Assembly (NCBI GenBank): GCA_951406725.2
Contig: OX597817.1
Coordinates: 100,192,001 to 100,256,000 of the forward strand
From: Octopus vulgaris
Taxonomy: Eukaryota
Reading direction: 5' to 3'
DNA length: 64,000 nucleotides
Part shown: positions 12,718-26,197 of the stretch, one piece after another
Layout of the letters: the number at the start of each line of letters is the position of its first letter
Numbering within the stretch: the first letter of the stretch is position 1
Notes under the pieces: model-generated
Told to the model about the DNA's origin: nothing
The model's database searches: none
Seen by the model: the letters and a program-made list of their open reading frames with translations, nothing else
Program-made: the position numbers and the translations under genes

Positions 12718-14242
12718 GTAAGTGTATTCTTTAATATGAACTAATTTCGAACGCTGATTAAAATAATCGGCAGCATTTGAAATTAATCCACTTATAAGTA
12801 TTAAAGTTTGTAATAAATGCAATTAAATAGCAGGGTATCTCGAGCACTTTATTGTGTTAGATAAACACCTGTAAGTTAAGTTCGAAAATCAAGATTCCAA
12901 TTCCCGATCGAATTCGTTACTCTTTTTGCCTTTAATGCCAGTTAAAACGTTGAAAATACCACATTTATTTGTTTCTCTGGTAAATGATATAAGACCTTTA
13001 GTTGTCTATCTTACTTGATTAGGCAAATGGTTTTCATAAATGCACTACTTCTAAAATATTTAATCTTATATTTTACAACACGATCGATGGGTTATATCTG
13101 AGATTAAATTTAAATTGTTTACAGCGAAATTGTTAGCTCTTCTTAAACTTTCAAAAAATTTACCCTAAGTTCATATTCCCTTAACGACAAGAAAACTTTT
13201 CTTATAATTCCATTTTCCCCCTAAAATTCGACCCTAGAGTACTGTTCACATCCATGAGGCAGTGCTGCTGCTAAACACATCGACATTCTAGACCAGTGTC
13301 TCTAATAGAGTGTATGTATGAGGTGAGGCCAGGCAAATTGCAGTGTTTAAAGAAATTTGGTTTTAAAACTTGTCCAAAGCCATGATAAAGAAAGATATGA
13401 AAGAACAGTAAATGAGTGGAAATCGAACCGGTGAGTGTGTTAAATAATAAGGCACTAAAAGAGAATTACTCTCCCCAGACACAATAATATATAAAATTAT
13501 ATGAAGAAGAAAACTATTTTCTCTTCTTATTCATAAAGAAGGAGTGGGGTAAAATTTATCTTTTTTTATTTTTTGGTGGAACCTGGAATTTGTCAGTTTG
13601 AGGAATGTTGTTCTGGACTATATTCAAAAGACAGTCATTTGGTTGATATGTAATTATTCTCTCACCAAAATGCTACATGCACGAAATTAGGATATGCTAT
13701 TTCAATTTTTTGCCTTTTGTCTTCTAAATTAGTTAGTAATACATTTTCCACCAGTGCACACTTGTCTTTTCTACTTTTGTCATTTTGTGTCTCACCTCTG
13801 ATACTCTATACATGACAGAATTCTCTTTGTCTTTCCTTGTCCAAACTATAACTATCTGAAATTTCCTCTATTATGGAAACAAGTGAAGAATAAAAGATGA
13901 AAAATACATTAACAGACAGATTTTCAAGCTGAACATCAGCCACATATCTCCAAACTGGAATATCCTGCAAAAGTCATGTGCACAGTCTCTTCTCTGACAA
14001 ACTTGTAAAATAATGTTTTGTACCATAATATTTTGCATCTTGCTTATAATGTTTTGTTTCTCATTTTATTTTTGATATTGATAGTTTTCACTGTACAAAT
14101 GTTTATAAAATAAGGAAATTACATAAAAAATATTTTATATTGTTTATCTAGTAGAATTCAAATTGGATAACATAAATAAATAAATAAGTGAAAGAAGAAA
14201 AAATTATCCAACTACTATGTTATCTTCACAAACTTTTTTAAT

Positions 14243-14721
14243 GCACGACCTTTGAACGTTGGGCCTTACCGAGGTGATAAGTGACCAAGACCTTTGGAGA
14301 TATGCTGTGCTTGAGAAGACCCAGCAAGCCGAGAACATAACCGTGGCTTATGCCAGTGCAGCATAACCAGCCCATTTAAGAGTACCCTTCAATCATTGGG
14401 CAATAAACAGTACTTGCAAAGACCTGTTGAGATGTCAGTACTGCCTGATTGGCACCCATGCCAGTGGCACATAAAAAGCATCATTCGAGCATGGCTGATG
14501 CCAGTACTGCCTGACTGGCCCTCATGCTGGTGGCATGTAAAAAGCACCTACTACACTCTAGGAGTGGTTGGCATTAGGAAGAGCATCCATCTATAGAAGC
14601 ATTGCCAGATCGGATTAGAGCCTGGTGCAGCCTTCTGGCTCGCCAGCCCTCAGTCAAACGGTCCAACCCATGCCAGCATGGAAAGCAAACGTTAAACGGC
14701 GACGATAACAATGATGATGAT
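14243..14721 (+). mobile_element. RTE LINE 3' end
   Basis: ORF terminus, 3' UTR units, GGAAGAGCATCC motif, (GAC/GAT)n tail. Confidence 0.85.
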
Positions 14722-15140
14722 TCTAAGTAGATATTTAAGATATAATAACAGTTAAAAATCATGGATTTATGGGGTCCCAATAATGTCACAGGTGGTGATG
14801 GTACATTATTCTTTTTACATAACTTAAGAAAAAAAAAAGGGTTAACTTAAAGCTGATTAGTAAGTTTTCAGGGGAGCATGCAGCTATAAACTATTTGCTT
14901 TATCCAATGCCATATAACTTACCTAATGATTTTGATGAACAGATGTGACAGTATAAAGAAGCAATTAGAAAAGGAGTAATTTTCATAATTTGTAACAGTT
15001 AACTCAGTTTTTAATATAATCAAATATAACTTCTTGTACTCATTTATAGTTAGTTAGTTTGTTTCAGCAATTTATTATTATTGAAACTTTAATACTGGAA
15101 GAATTAGATTTCTTTTCACAGTTCAGATGTCACACACACA

Positions 15141-15215
15141 ATGGAACAGTATACCATTCTTGGAAACATCGGAGAAGGAGCACATGGCATTGTTTTCAAA
15201 GCTAAATATAAGCAG
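15141..15215 (+). CDS. CDK20: CDK20 coding exon 1 (MEQYTILGNIGEGAHGIVFKAKYKQ)
   Basis: acaATGg start, Gly-rich loop, donor CAG|GTAAG at 15216. Confidence 0.96.
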
Positions 15216-16615
15216 GTAAGATTTATTAGTATAGCTATTGAGCACTAGCATAACTTGAGTGGAGCAGAGGAGGCAGTCCTTCCCAGGTAGCACCACTTTT
15301 GGATCTGTTGCAGGCTATAAGCCTCTATACACTGTATTGAAATGAAATAATACTGGTTTTAATATCAGGACATGAATACGACCCATCGTTAAATACAACA
15401 ATCAATCTAGTCACTGTGCATATGTATCTTTTGTGGGGGCTGGGGGCAGCAAACTGAAGGGTGGCACACACTCTATCTACACCACTATTATTTAGTACAA
15501 ATGTCCATGTGCTGTTAGAGGAAGTAGGAACTAATGGGTGCTATTTCTTCTCGTGTTTCACCAGTGTACATTTCTTTTGTTTAATTTCTGGTTCAATTGA
15601 ATCTGTTATTTCACTTATTTACCATTGCTTGTAACTATTAGTTAGAATTTTAATCATAAATTTGTCAACTCCAAGCCCCATATTTGTTTTGTTTAATATG
15701 ATAACTTCATTTTCTATCAACTAATGGAATTTGTTTTTTTTTTAGTTATAAAATATTAAAATAATGGAATTTAAGGCAGTGATTTGACAACTGTTAAAGT
15801 GTTATTTCGAATGCTTCACAGTATTTTTGTTTTAACTTTGCACTCTTAATTCAAATCCTGCGATTGTCATTTTTGCCTTTCATCTTTCAAAACATACTAA
15901 TTGAGGGCAGAGTATTGATCAAAATGTACTAATCAAGAGCAGGAAGGGCGTTGATAGAAGTGTTTGAGAATTAGAAAAGATGCTTTGCAGTATTTGGTCC
16001 AGTGCTTTGCAACAGCTCTAACAACAATGCCTGCAATGACACTGGTGCTAAGTTGTATCAGCCCAAGTCAGCAACTTTTCTTGAGGAGATTTTACTGACC
16101 CAAGTCAGGAGCCTTTATCCCACTATTGATAAACATCAGTAATGTGGAGAAGGGAGACTTGCGTGCATAGGCAACAGCTAGTCTTCTTTGAAAGAAATTT
16201 TGTCCAGACTTGCACATACAGGTGCAGATACCTGGTCAACATTGACTGACAGAGGCACTACAGAATGGAAATTACGTATCCTCATCATTGTCATTTGTGC
16301 CTCACTTCTCCATTGCTCTCCTCTGCCTAATAGTAATGTCTGTTTTGTTCAGTAATGTCCAAAAAGTTATTTGTTATAAGTAAGATGATCTCTATGTGGA
16401 AATAGACAGTCGTCTATTAGCATGAGTTGGTAAAAATTAGACTAGCAGCTTTTTGTGAACTGAAAAAATGTGCCATCATTGGTCACCTGTTTTATTTGTT
16501 TTAATGGCTTACATATGTTGGGTCTTCTTCTTTGTCTTATTTTAATCAGAAGTTATAATATAGAAATGTTTGGAACAGAACAAAATGAAAATGAAAATTT
16601 TTCTTTTTCTTTTAG

Positions 16616-16689
16616 AATGGTCAAACTGTTGCATTGAAGAAAGTCAGATTAAAAAAACTGGAAGATGGAATCCCAAGCACAGCCATCAG
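16616..16689 (+). CDS. CDK20: CDK20 coding exon 2 (NGQTVALKKVRLKKLEDGIPSTAI-R)
   Basis: Pyrimidine tract + TAG acceptor, VALKK catalytic Lys, donor AG|GTAAAT. Confidence 0.96.
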
Positions 16690-16817
16690 GTAAATTTCTT
16701 TAGAGAATATATTTTTATTATTCAATATAATAACCTGGGGCAAGAGCATACACATTTTTTCACACATAAATCACAACACAAATACATGACAGTACATGTG
16801 TATAAATCCAACATTGC

Positions 16818-16864
<47 letters not shown>

Positions 16865-17258
16865 GCACACACAGGAAGAGCCTTGTATGTGGCTGCTCGA
16901 CGTGCTAGAAATAATAACCATGGAGAATACTGAAAATTATATACTCACTATATATTTCTGCACTCTCTCACATGTATATGCAATGTCAGAGGAACAAACC
17001 AGCTAAATATTATTACATGGTTACTCAAGATGCTAGAAAATGCAGCCAAATCTCACAAAATCCCATGTCAGAACCTAGTGTTATTTTTCAAAGAAGTTAA
17101 TTTTGTTTACAATGCATTTTTCAAAAGTCATATTCATTCCTTTAAGTGAATTGCTATACATGTTGAGTCATTTGCTGAAAGCAGCAGCAAACTTACATTA
17201 AATACGATCTCTTTTTCACTATTATTGCCTTGATCATATTTTTCTGTAGTTGTGTAGG

Positions 17259-17578
17259 AAGAAGCTTGCTTCCCAACCACATGATTCTAGGTTCAGTCCC
17301 ATTGCGTGGCACCTTGGGCAAGTGTCTTCTACTATAGCCTCAGACTGACCAAAGCTTTGAGAGTAGATTTGGTACTCAGAAACTGAAAGAAACCCATCAT
17401 GTATGTGTGTGGGGGGGTCTTTGTATCTGTGTTTGTCCCTCACCACTGCTTGACAACCAGTGATAGTTTATTTACCTTGCCATAGCTTAGTGGTTCAGCA
17501 GAAAGACTGATAGAATAAGTATCAGGTAGTGCCCCACCATCGCCACAGTCTAATGATTGAAATAGATAAAAGAAAATA
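17259..17578 (+). mobile_element. SINE family 1 copy
   Basis: Same head, core and tail as 1112-1490. Confidence 0.8.
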
Positions 17579-17594
17579 TTTAGTGTGTGTGTAT

Positions 17595-17860
17595 ACAGGG
17601 TGCGATGGGTAAATTGTTGCAATTTTATATTTTTAATTTCATGCTTGCGCATTTCTTGTTTTTGATTTTGTCAACTACACAGTATAGTAGGGTCAGTTGG
17701 GTACCAACTGTGAGAAAAACAGCACCGTGATGTAATTCACTCATGACGCAATTCACAATTTGGAAACGACATGAGTACTACTTGGCATTTGCACTGGAAG
17801 TTCCAATACAAACATTTCAGAGTGTTTGGGTGTCATTCTGAGGACAGTGCAGAGGATTCT
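17595..17860 (+). mobile_element. 5' end of a Tc1/mariner-superfamily element
   Basis: TA|CAGGGTG terminus followed by HTH-like ISECLGVILRTVQRI; abuts an opposite-strand Tc1. Confidence 0.5.
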
Positions 17861-18944
17861 TGTAGTGATGATGGTGGAGGATATCAACTCCTTACTTGTT
17901 TTTCTAAAATGCACCATAAATGTTCAATAATATTGAGATCTGGGGACTGTGGTGGCCAGATAAGATGTTCAACTTCACTAAAATGTTACTCATGCCATTC
18001 AGTATCAACTTTAGCTGTGTGAATTAGTGCATTATCATCCTGAAAGATTGCATTTCCCTCTGGAAACAGTTCCACAACCATTGGCTGAATTTGATCAGAT
18101 AAAATGCTTAAATAGTCTTGACTATTAATTCTGCCATGAAGGAAAACCATTGGGCTAGCAGATTTCCAAGATGTAGTCTCCCCCTACTCCCCAGATCCTC
18201 CTCCATGTTTAAGATTTGGAAGAAGACAGTCTGAGTCAGATGCTTCTTTTGGCTGTCTCCACATGTATACTCAGCCGGTGGTCAGAAATTAGGTAAAGGA
18301 TGACTCGTCCGAGAAAATAACATCCTTCCACTGCTCTAGGGACCAATTCTGTAAGTTTTTATTCCACTCTAAATGCTTTGCAACTTTTGTTTTTGAAAGT
18401 AGTGGTTTTCTGATTGCAGCCCTCCCATGAAATCTAGCTTTGTGCAGCTCTTGGCAAACAGTTTTTGTGGAAACTGGGTGCAGGAAGTGGTCATTAAGCT
18501 CTGCAGCAATTTTGGGAGTTGTCCTTTTGTGATCCTTTCTAACAATTCATGTAAGAGTCTGACGGTCCTTATCTGAGAGTTTTGGTTTTCTTCCGGAGTT
18601 TTGTTTTGACGAGGAGGTTTTTCCCTCTTCCTCAAAGGCTGTCATTACTTTCAAGACAGTACTTCTTCAAAACCCAAACATTTCAGCTGTTTTCGTTACG
18701 CTAGCACCTGCCATATGAGCACCAACAATTTGACCTCTTTGAAAGTCCAATAGATCTGTCATTTTAATGAATTTTAATTACCTTTTTCTGATGATATCTC
18801 AAAAGAAACAGCAATTTTAGCAAAACATATTAAGCATCACTAATAATAAATAAAAAAAACAGAAAAATAAACCAGCTCTTGATGGTTTTATAGATATTTC
18901 AAAATTATGATGCTAGGTATTTCCATTATTTTGTTCAACTCCTG
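17861..18944 (-). mobile_element. Tc1-like transposon relic
   Basis: Minus strand GQIVGAHMAGASVTKTA...NSGRK.KLSDKD, FSDES, FQDDNA and SPDLNIIEHLW motifs; terminus CAGGAGTTGAACAAAATAATGGAAA with TA at 18945-18946. Confidence 0.85.
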
Positions 18945-18975
18945 TATACACACACACATATATATATATTTACAT

Positions 18976-19021
<46 letters not shown>

Positions 19022-19022
<1 letters not shown>

Positions 19023-19329
19023 GATAAACGTCGCCGTTTTTAAGCCTAGCCAGTCTCATGGGCCTGGTTTCCTGGTTTCTGTGGCGTATATGTTCCCGCC
19101 AACTGGATGGGAGGCAAGTCCATCGCAGCGTTACTCAAGAAACAAGAAGAGAGAGTGAGAGAAAGTTGTGGCGAAAGAGTACAACAGGGGTTTCCACCAT
19201 CCCCTGCTGGAGCTTCATGGAGCTTTTAGGTGTTCTTGCTCAATAAACACACAACGCCCGGTCTGGGAATCGAAACCGCAAGCCTCCAACCGCGAGTCAG
19301 CTGCCCTAACCACTGGGCCATTGTGCCTC

Positions 19330-19332
<3 letters not shown>
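19022..19332 (-). mobile_element. tRNA-derived SINE family 3
   Basis: Head GTGGAGGCACAATGGCCCAGTGGTTAGG (A box)...GGTTTCGATTCCC (B box) followed by non-tRNA body; flanked by (TA)n. Confidence 0.8.
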
Positions 19333-19374
<42 letters not shown>

Positions 19375-19397
19375 GCACACACACATACATACATATA

Positions 19398-20899
19398 TAT
19401 GCTGACGACCTTGCCTTAATTGCTGAGTCACTATCAGAACTAGAGAAGTTTCAGATGTGGAAACAAGGATTAGAATTGAAGGGCCTTCGAGTCAACCTAG
19501 CTAAAACCAAAGTCCTAATAAATAGGAAGGCAGACAAACCACAAATACCTTCAGGTAGATGGCCCTACTCGATCTGTAGAAAAGGCATAGGTAGAAAGAT
19601 GTACCCAGTGTAAGCTATGGACACATTACAAGTGCAGCAATATCAAAGGAAGGCCAACTGGGAAGATAGTTTTTGTATATGGCAGATGCTCGGTAGCAAT
19701 AAAGACTGAAAATGTGCAGAGAACAACTTCCGCCACATTCCAGGGAGAAAAACTAGAAGTAGTTGATAGCTTCCGTTCCCTAGGTGACCAAGTCAGTAGC
19801 AGCTAGAATAAAAATAGCCTGAGCAAAGTTCAGAGAGCTCTTACCTCTACTTGTGACAAAAGGCCTCTTACTCAGAGTAAAAGGTATACTGTATGACGTA
19901 TGTGTATGAACAGCCATGCTACATGGTAGTGAAACATGGGCCTTGACTGCTGAGGACAAGCGTAAGCCTGCAAGGAATGAAGCCAGTATGCTCCAATGGG
20001 TGTGTAATGTCAGTGCGCATACTCAACAGAGTGTAAGTCCCTTGAGAGAAAAGTTGGACCTAAGAAGCATCAGATGTTGTGTGCAATAGAGATGACTGCG
20101 CTGGTATGGTCATGTGGCAAGAATGGATGAGTATAGCTGTGTGAAAAAGTTTCACACCCTAGTGGTTGAGGGAACCTGTGGAAGAGGTAGACCCACGAAA
20201 ACCTGGGATGAGGTGATGAAGCACTACCTTTGAACATTAGGCTTCACCGAGGAAATGACTAGCGACCGAGACTTTTGAAAATATGCTGTGCTTGAGAAAA
20301 CCTGGCAAGCCAAGTGAGACCATAACCCGTGGCCTATACCAGGGGTGTAACCAGCCCACTTATATGTACCTTTCCTTCATTGGACATTAAACTCTTCTTG
20401 TGAAGACCCTGTTGAGGCAAGTGAAATCGAAATCAAACCAAATTCGCAAATTCAATGACTGGCACCTGTGCCAGTGGAGCGCTAAGAGCACCATCCGAGC
20501 GTGATCGCTGCCAGAGCAGCTAACTGGCTTCCATGCCGGTGGCATGTAAAAAGCACCATTTGAGCATGATGATTAACAGTGTTGCCTTACTGGCACATGG
20601 AAAACATTCGAGCGAGGCCGTTGCCAGTGCCGCTGGACTGGCTCCTGTAAAGGTGGCATGTAAAAACACCACTTGAGCATGGCCGTTGCCAGTACCGCCT
20701 GACTGGCCCTCATGCCAGTGGCACGTAAAAGCACCCACTACACTCTCGGAGTGGTTGGCATTAGGAAGGGCATCTAACTGTAGAAACTCTGCCAGATCAG
20801 ATTGGAGCCTGGTGCAGCCATCTGGTTCGCCAGTCCTCAGTCAAATCGTCCAACCCATGCTAGCATGGAAAGCAGACGTTAAATGATGATGTTGATGAT
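19398..20899 (+). mobile_element. RTE LINE, 5'-truncated at YADD
   Basis: YADDLALIAES..., ORF end, five 3' UTR units, (TGA)n tail. Confidence 0.92.
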
Positions 20900-20932
20900 A
20901 TATATATACACACATATATACATATATATATG

Positions 20933-20964
<32 letters not shown>

Positions 20965-20994
20965 TACATATATATATACATACATATATATATT

Positions 20995-21207
20995 GTCACC
21001 TGACTGGCTGCTGTGCTGGTTGCACGTAAAAAGTACCCACTACACTCTTGGAGTGGTTGGTGTTAGGAAGAGTATCCATCTGTCGAAACCTTGCCAGATC
21101 AGATTGGAGCCTGGTGCAGCCTCCTGGCCTGCCACTCCTCAGTCAAACTATCCAACCCATGCCAGTATGGAAAGCAGACGTTAAACGAGGATTATGATGA
21201 TGATGAT
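20995..21207 (+). mobile_element. RTE 3' UTR fragment
   Basis: 3' terminal region with (TGA)n tail, directly followed by the long copy. Confidence 0.8.
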
Positions 21208-24200
21208 CCCTCAGCCAGGGCTATCCAATGGACAGAAAGAGAGAAAGTAAAAGACCAATTCTATGACACCCTACTGCAGACTACCTCATCGACGAACGAC
21301 AGGGACCTTCTCTTTGTGGCTGGTGACTTCAATGGGCATGTTGGATGACATGCTGGGGGCTTCCATGGCGTACATGGAGGCTACAGTTATGGTTCCCGCA
21401 ATGAGGAGGGAACCAGGCTGCTGGAGTTCTGCGATGCGAATAATCTTATGGTTTGCAACACTAACTTCAGGAAACCTACCAGCCACCTAGTCACCTACTG
21501 ATTGGGCTGACATACTAGCCAAATCAACTACATTCTTGCCAGAAAAAGGGAAAGATGGCTACTTATAAATGCCAAAACCTTCCCAGGCGAAGAATGTACC
21601 CCACAACATAGACTGGTAGTTAGTGACTTTAGGATCAGGACTAAGAGGACGACCAGAAGACGACCAACATGGAGAAGAAGGGTCTGGAAGCTTAAAGACC
21701 CTGCGAATGGACAGAGATTTAGAGACATGTTACTTGAAGCCTTTGACGAAATGAAAGGGGGTATAGCTACACATGGGGTAGAAGACAACTGGACGCTTCT
21801 GAGGGACAACCTGCTGAAAGCCACTGACCAGATCTGTGGCTGGTGCAAAGTCCCCTTAAGACCCAAAATAACGTGGTGGTGGAACAATATTGTTGACAGG
21901 GCTATTAGACAAAAGAAACAGGCTTGGAAGGACCGGAAGAACGGTGGTAGCAGGGAAGTGTATCAGACTGCCAGGAGGGAAGGTAGGAGGTAGGTGTATT
22001 TAGCCAGAGGGTAAGCAAATAAGAAAAAATTTGCCAATGTTCTGTGCCGTGAGGATGAAAGACTTGAGGTATTTCGTGTTGCAAGACAGTGTGTGAGAGA
22101 GAATCATGATGTAGTAGGAGAGAAATGTGTTCGCATGGATGATGGTTCACTTGCACTAAATGAGGATGCAAAGAGAGACTTTTGGAGACGCCACTATGAA
22201 AGGTTGCTGAATGAGGAAAATGAATGGGATAAAGAGAGTCTGCCGAATGTCGACCCAACAGAGGGACCAGCTATCCGAGTTGACAGTTCCTTGGCAATTA
22301 GAAGCATGAAGACAAGGAAAGCCCCAGGCCCATCAGGAATTACTGCAGAGATGCTCAAAATATCTGGTAGTGTCGGCTATAGCCTAGTCACCCGTATAGT
22401 TAACCAGGTGATACACGAAGGAGTCATTCCCAATGACTGGTGTAGCAGCATAATAGTCACTACTACAAAGGTAAAGGTGACGCCCTAGATACAAATAACT
22501 ACAGGGGTATCAAGCTGTTGGATCAGGTAATGAAGGTTACAGAGAGGGTCATAGCCCAACTAATTAGAGAGAGAGTTAGTTTAGATGAGATGCAGTTTGG
22601 GTTCGTGCCAAGGAAAAGTACCACTGATGTTATATTCCTGGTAAGACAGCTGCAGGAGAAATACCTAGCCAAAGATAAGCCCCTGTACCTGGCTTTTGTT
22701 GACATGGAGAAAGCCTTCGACAGTGTCCCCCGATCCCTTATCTGGTGGTCAATGAGGAAACTAGGGATAGATGAATGGTTAGTGAGAGCTGTGCGAGCCA
22801 TGTACAGGGACACTGCTAGTAAGGTGAGGGTTGGCAACGAGTACAATGAAGAATTCCGGGTAGAAGTAGGGGTCCACCAAGGTTCAGTCCTCAGCCCCCT
22901 CCTATTTATCATAGTCCTCCAGGCAATAATGGAGGAATTCAAGACAGGATGCCCCTGGGAGCTCCTCTATGCTGATGACCTTGCTCTAATTGCTGAGTCA
23001 CTATCAGAACTGGAGGAGAAGTTTCAGGTGTGGAAACAAGGATTAGAATCAAAGGGCCTTAGAGTCAACCTAGCTAAAACCAAAGTCCTAATAAGTAGGA
23101 AGGTAGACAAATCACAAATCCCTTCAGGTAGATGGCCCTGCTCAATCTGTAGAAAAGGCGTAGGTAGAAACTCTATAAGATGCACCAAGTGTAAGCTTTG
23201 GACACATAAGGGGTGCAGCAATGTCAAAGGAAGGCTAACTCGGAAAATAGTTTTTGTATGTGGCAGATATGCTCAGGAGCAATAAACACTGAAAATGCGC
23301 AGAGACCAACTTCCACCACATTCCAGGGAGAAAAACTAGAAAGAGTTAATAGCTTCTGTTACCTAGGTGACCAAGTCAGTAGCAGGGGTGGGTGTGCTGA
23401 AAGTGTAACTGCTAGAGTAAGAATAGCCTGGGCAAAGTTCAGAGAGCTCTTACCTCTGCTGGTGACAAAAGGCCTCTCGCTCAGAGTAAAAGGCAGACTG
23501 TATGATGCATGTGTATGAACAGCCATGCTACATGGCAGTGAAACATGGGCCGTGACTGCTGAGGATATGCGTAAGCTCGCAAGAGATGAAGCCAGTATAC
23601 TCCGATGGATGTGTAATGTAAGTCTTCATACTCGATAGAGTGTAAGTACCTTGAGAGAAAAGTTGGACCTAAGAAGCATCAGTTGTGGTGTGCAAGAGAG
23701 ACGTTTACGCTGGTATGGTCATGTGACAAGAATGGATGAAGATAGTTGTGTGAAAAAGTGCCACACCCTAGCGGTTGAGGGAACCTGTGGAAGAGGTAGA
23801 CCCAGGAAAACCTGGGATGAGGTGGTGAAGCACGACCTTCAAACTTTAAGTCTCTCCGAGGCAATGACTAGAGACCAAGACCTATGGAAGTATGCTGTGC
23901 GTGAGAAGACCCGGCAGGACAAGTGAGACCATAACCCATGGCCTCTACCTGGGATGTAGCCAGTCCACTTATGCATACCTTTCCTTCATTGGACACAAAG
24001 CTCTACTTGTGAAGACCTGTTGAGGCAAGTGAGATTCAGAATCGAAATCGAAATCGATCAACATCAATAGAAATTGTAGCTGTGATTCCAGTGCCGGTGG
24101 CACGTAAGCGAGCCATCCGAACGTGGCCATTGCCAGCGCCGCCCCGACGGGCCTCCGTGCCGGTGGCACGTAAAAAGCACCATCCGACCGTGGCCGTTTG

Positions 24201-24410
24201 CCAGCCTCGTCTGGCACCTGTGCCGGTGGCACGTAAAAAGCACCCACTACACTCACGGAGTGGTTGGCATTAGGAAGGGCATCCAGCCGTAGAAACACTG
24301 CCAGATTAGACTGGGCCTGGTGCAGCCTTCTGGCTTCACAGACCCCAGTTGAACCATCCAACCTATGCTAGCATGGAAAGCGGACGCTAAATGATGATGA
24401 TGATGATGAT
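21208..24410 (+). mobile_element. Longest RTE LINE copy (partial APE, RT with PHD insert, 3' UTR, (TGA)n tail); disrupted ORF
   Basis: AGDFNGH, QFGF, FVDMEKAFD, GVHQGSVLSPLLF, YADD, YLG, GRGRPRKTW motifs over ORFs 21091-23926. Confidence 0.95.
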
Positions 24411-25939
24411 ATGATTTTTCAAAAACCAACCCATTAAACAATTTTCAATTCTCTACCTTCTGTTTCAATTATGTCATATTTACTTAATATTGCAGTCCAG
24501 TTTTATTAATATTTGAATAAATTTTAAACAGAGTTGCATAAAATACAACAATTTCCTTTCCACCGCTTTCTTTGATTTCTCTTCTAACAATTTCCACTTT
24601 TTTTATTCCATCTAACATTTCTCTTTAGTCAAGGCAACCTTTTTTAAAAATATATATCTTTCTAGTTCTTTGAATTTTTTTTCAGTTTTAAAAGCACATT
24701 TTTATAAATATAAATACCTTCCATTTTCAGATACCTATATTTAATTTCTGTGCAATCTTCAATAAATATTTGTTTCTGCTGTTCTTCGATTTTTCCCCTC
24801 ATCACCATCATCATCATCATCATCATTTAACATCTGTTTTCCAAGAAGTGAGAATGAGTTGGTCCACTCTCAATGCTCTACAAAGAGTGTTGACACCCAA
24901 AAGCAGCTTATAGCATACAAAAATAGGATTCTTGAAGATTGAATCATGTGATAGCTTGACACTGATTGGTTGCTTAATAGACCAATCATGTGAAACTACT
25001 GTGATTTGGCCATGATGTATGACTGCTTTCTAAGCAGTTCAGTTTTGAATTACCTCATGTTGCACATGTTTTTCCATGATTTTTATCAATTCTCCTGACA
25101 GTTTTTGCTAGATAAGTTCTTCAAGTTCCTGATCCACAGTGTTTTTATTTGTCTTCCTTGTTATCCAACTTAGCATCACAATGGAGAATCATGAAGAAAA
25201 CCTGGAACACAAGTTCCATGCTATCCTCATGATTTTTCCAGAGTTCTAAGTTCACTTATCCAATTTGAAAACCTACCTGTTAAAATTTAAGAAATTGAAT
25301 AATCTGCCTCTTTACAGCAAATGGGCCAAAGAGAAAATTAAATGCAGACACGAATACACACACACAATATTTGCTGCATATCAACTCTTTTACTTGTCTC
25401 TGAATCAGTCATAAATTACAATAACTTACCATTTTTTTCTTAATATTATCATAAATTGTTGAGGAATATATGTTACACTCACACATAATAGCAATTCTGG
25501 CTTTCATCTCTCTTCAAAGGCCATTTTATTTCAGTTCCTAGGTGCAATGCACGAATCACATGCTTTCTTTTCACACTATTCTCAAATTGGTTACACTCAT
25601 TAATATTGGAAGACAGTTTCACTAATGGATAGACAATAGACAGAAAAACTTGGGTGCTTACAAAAGACTAAGATGCTGATAACTCTTCTTTTCAACTTGA
25701 ATATAAAACAATGACTGAGTGATGGCAGTGGTGAAAGGAAAATATAAAGTTGGTGACATGCAAAAAAGAATGCTGGTCAGTTGAGCCTGCTGGACTATTG
25801 GACACTGGCTTAATGGAACTTTATTACATGAATAAGCAGTCATTACAGCATCAGATATAATGCTTTATTGTATTTAATCTAGCTTCTTGTATTCTGAGCT
25901 CATATTCAACTGAGGTCAACTTTGCTTTTCATCCTTCTG

Positions 25940-26197
25940 ATCATCATCATCAACATCTTCCTTGTCGTCATTGTTGTTGAGTGTGTTTTCCATGCTAGCA
26001 TGGGTTGGACAGTTTGACAGGAGCTGGACAGGCAAAAGACTGCACCAGGCTTCTATGTCTGTTTTGGCACAGTTTTTACAGCTGGATACCCTTCCTAACA
26101 CCAACCACCCAGCAGAGTGGACAGTGCTTTTGGCATGGTTTTTACAGCTGGATACCCTTCCAAATGCCAACCACTTTACAATGTGTACTGGATGCTT
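25940..26197 (-). mobile_element. RTE-related 3' UTR fragment with internal duplication
   Basis: TTTTCCATGCTAGCATGGGTTGGAC and two copies of CAGCTGGATACCCTTCC. Confidence 0.65.

Noticed and set aside
19255-19332. tRNA-like sequence on the minus strand
   Set aside because: Has A and B boxes but no proper acceptor stem and continues into a SINE body.
20460-20735. Repeat-spacer pattern resembling a CRISPR array
   Set aside because: Eukaryotic context, no cas genes, spacers are mutually related, and the array is the RTE 3' UTR.
21208-24410. Possibly active full-length LINE
   Set aside because: 5'-truncated within the endonuclease and carries several stops and frameshifts.
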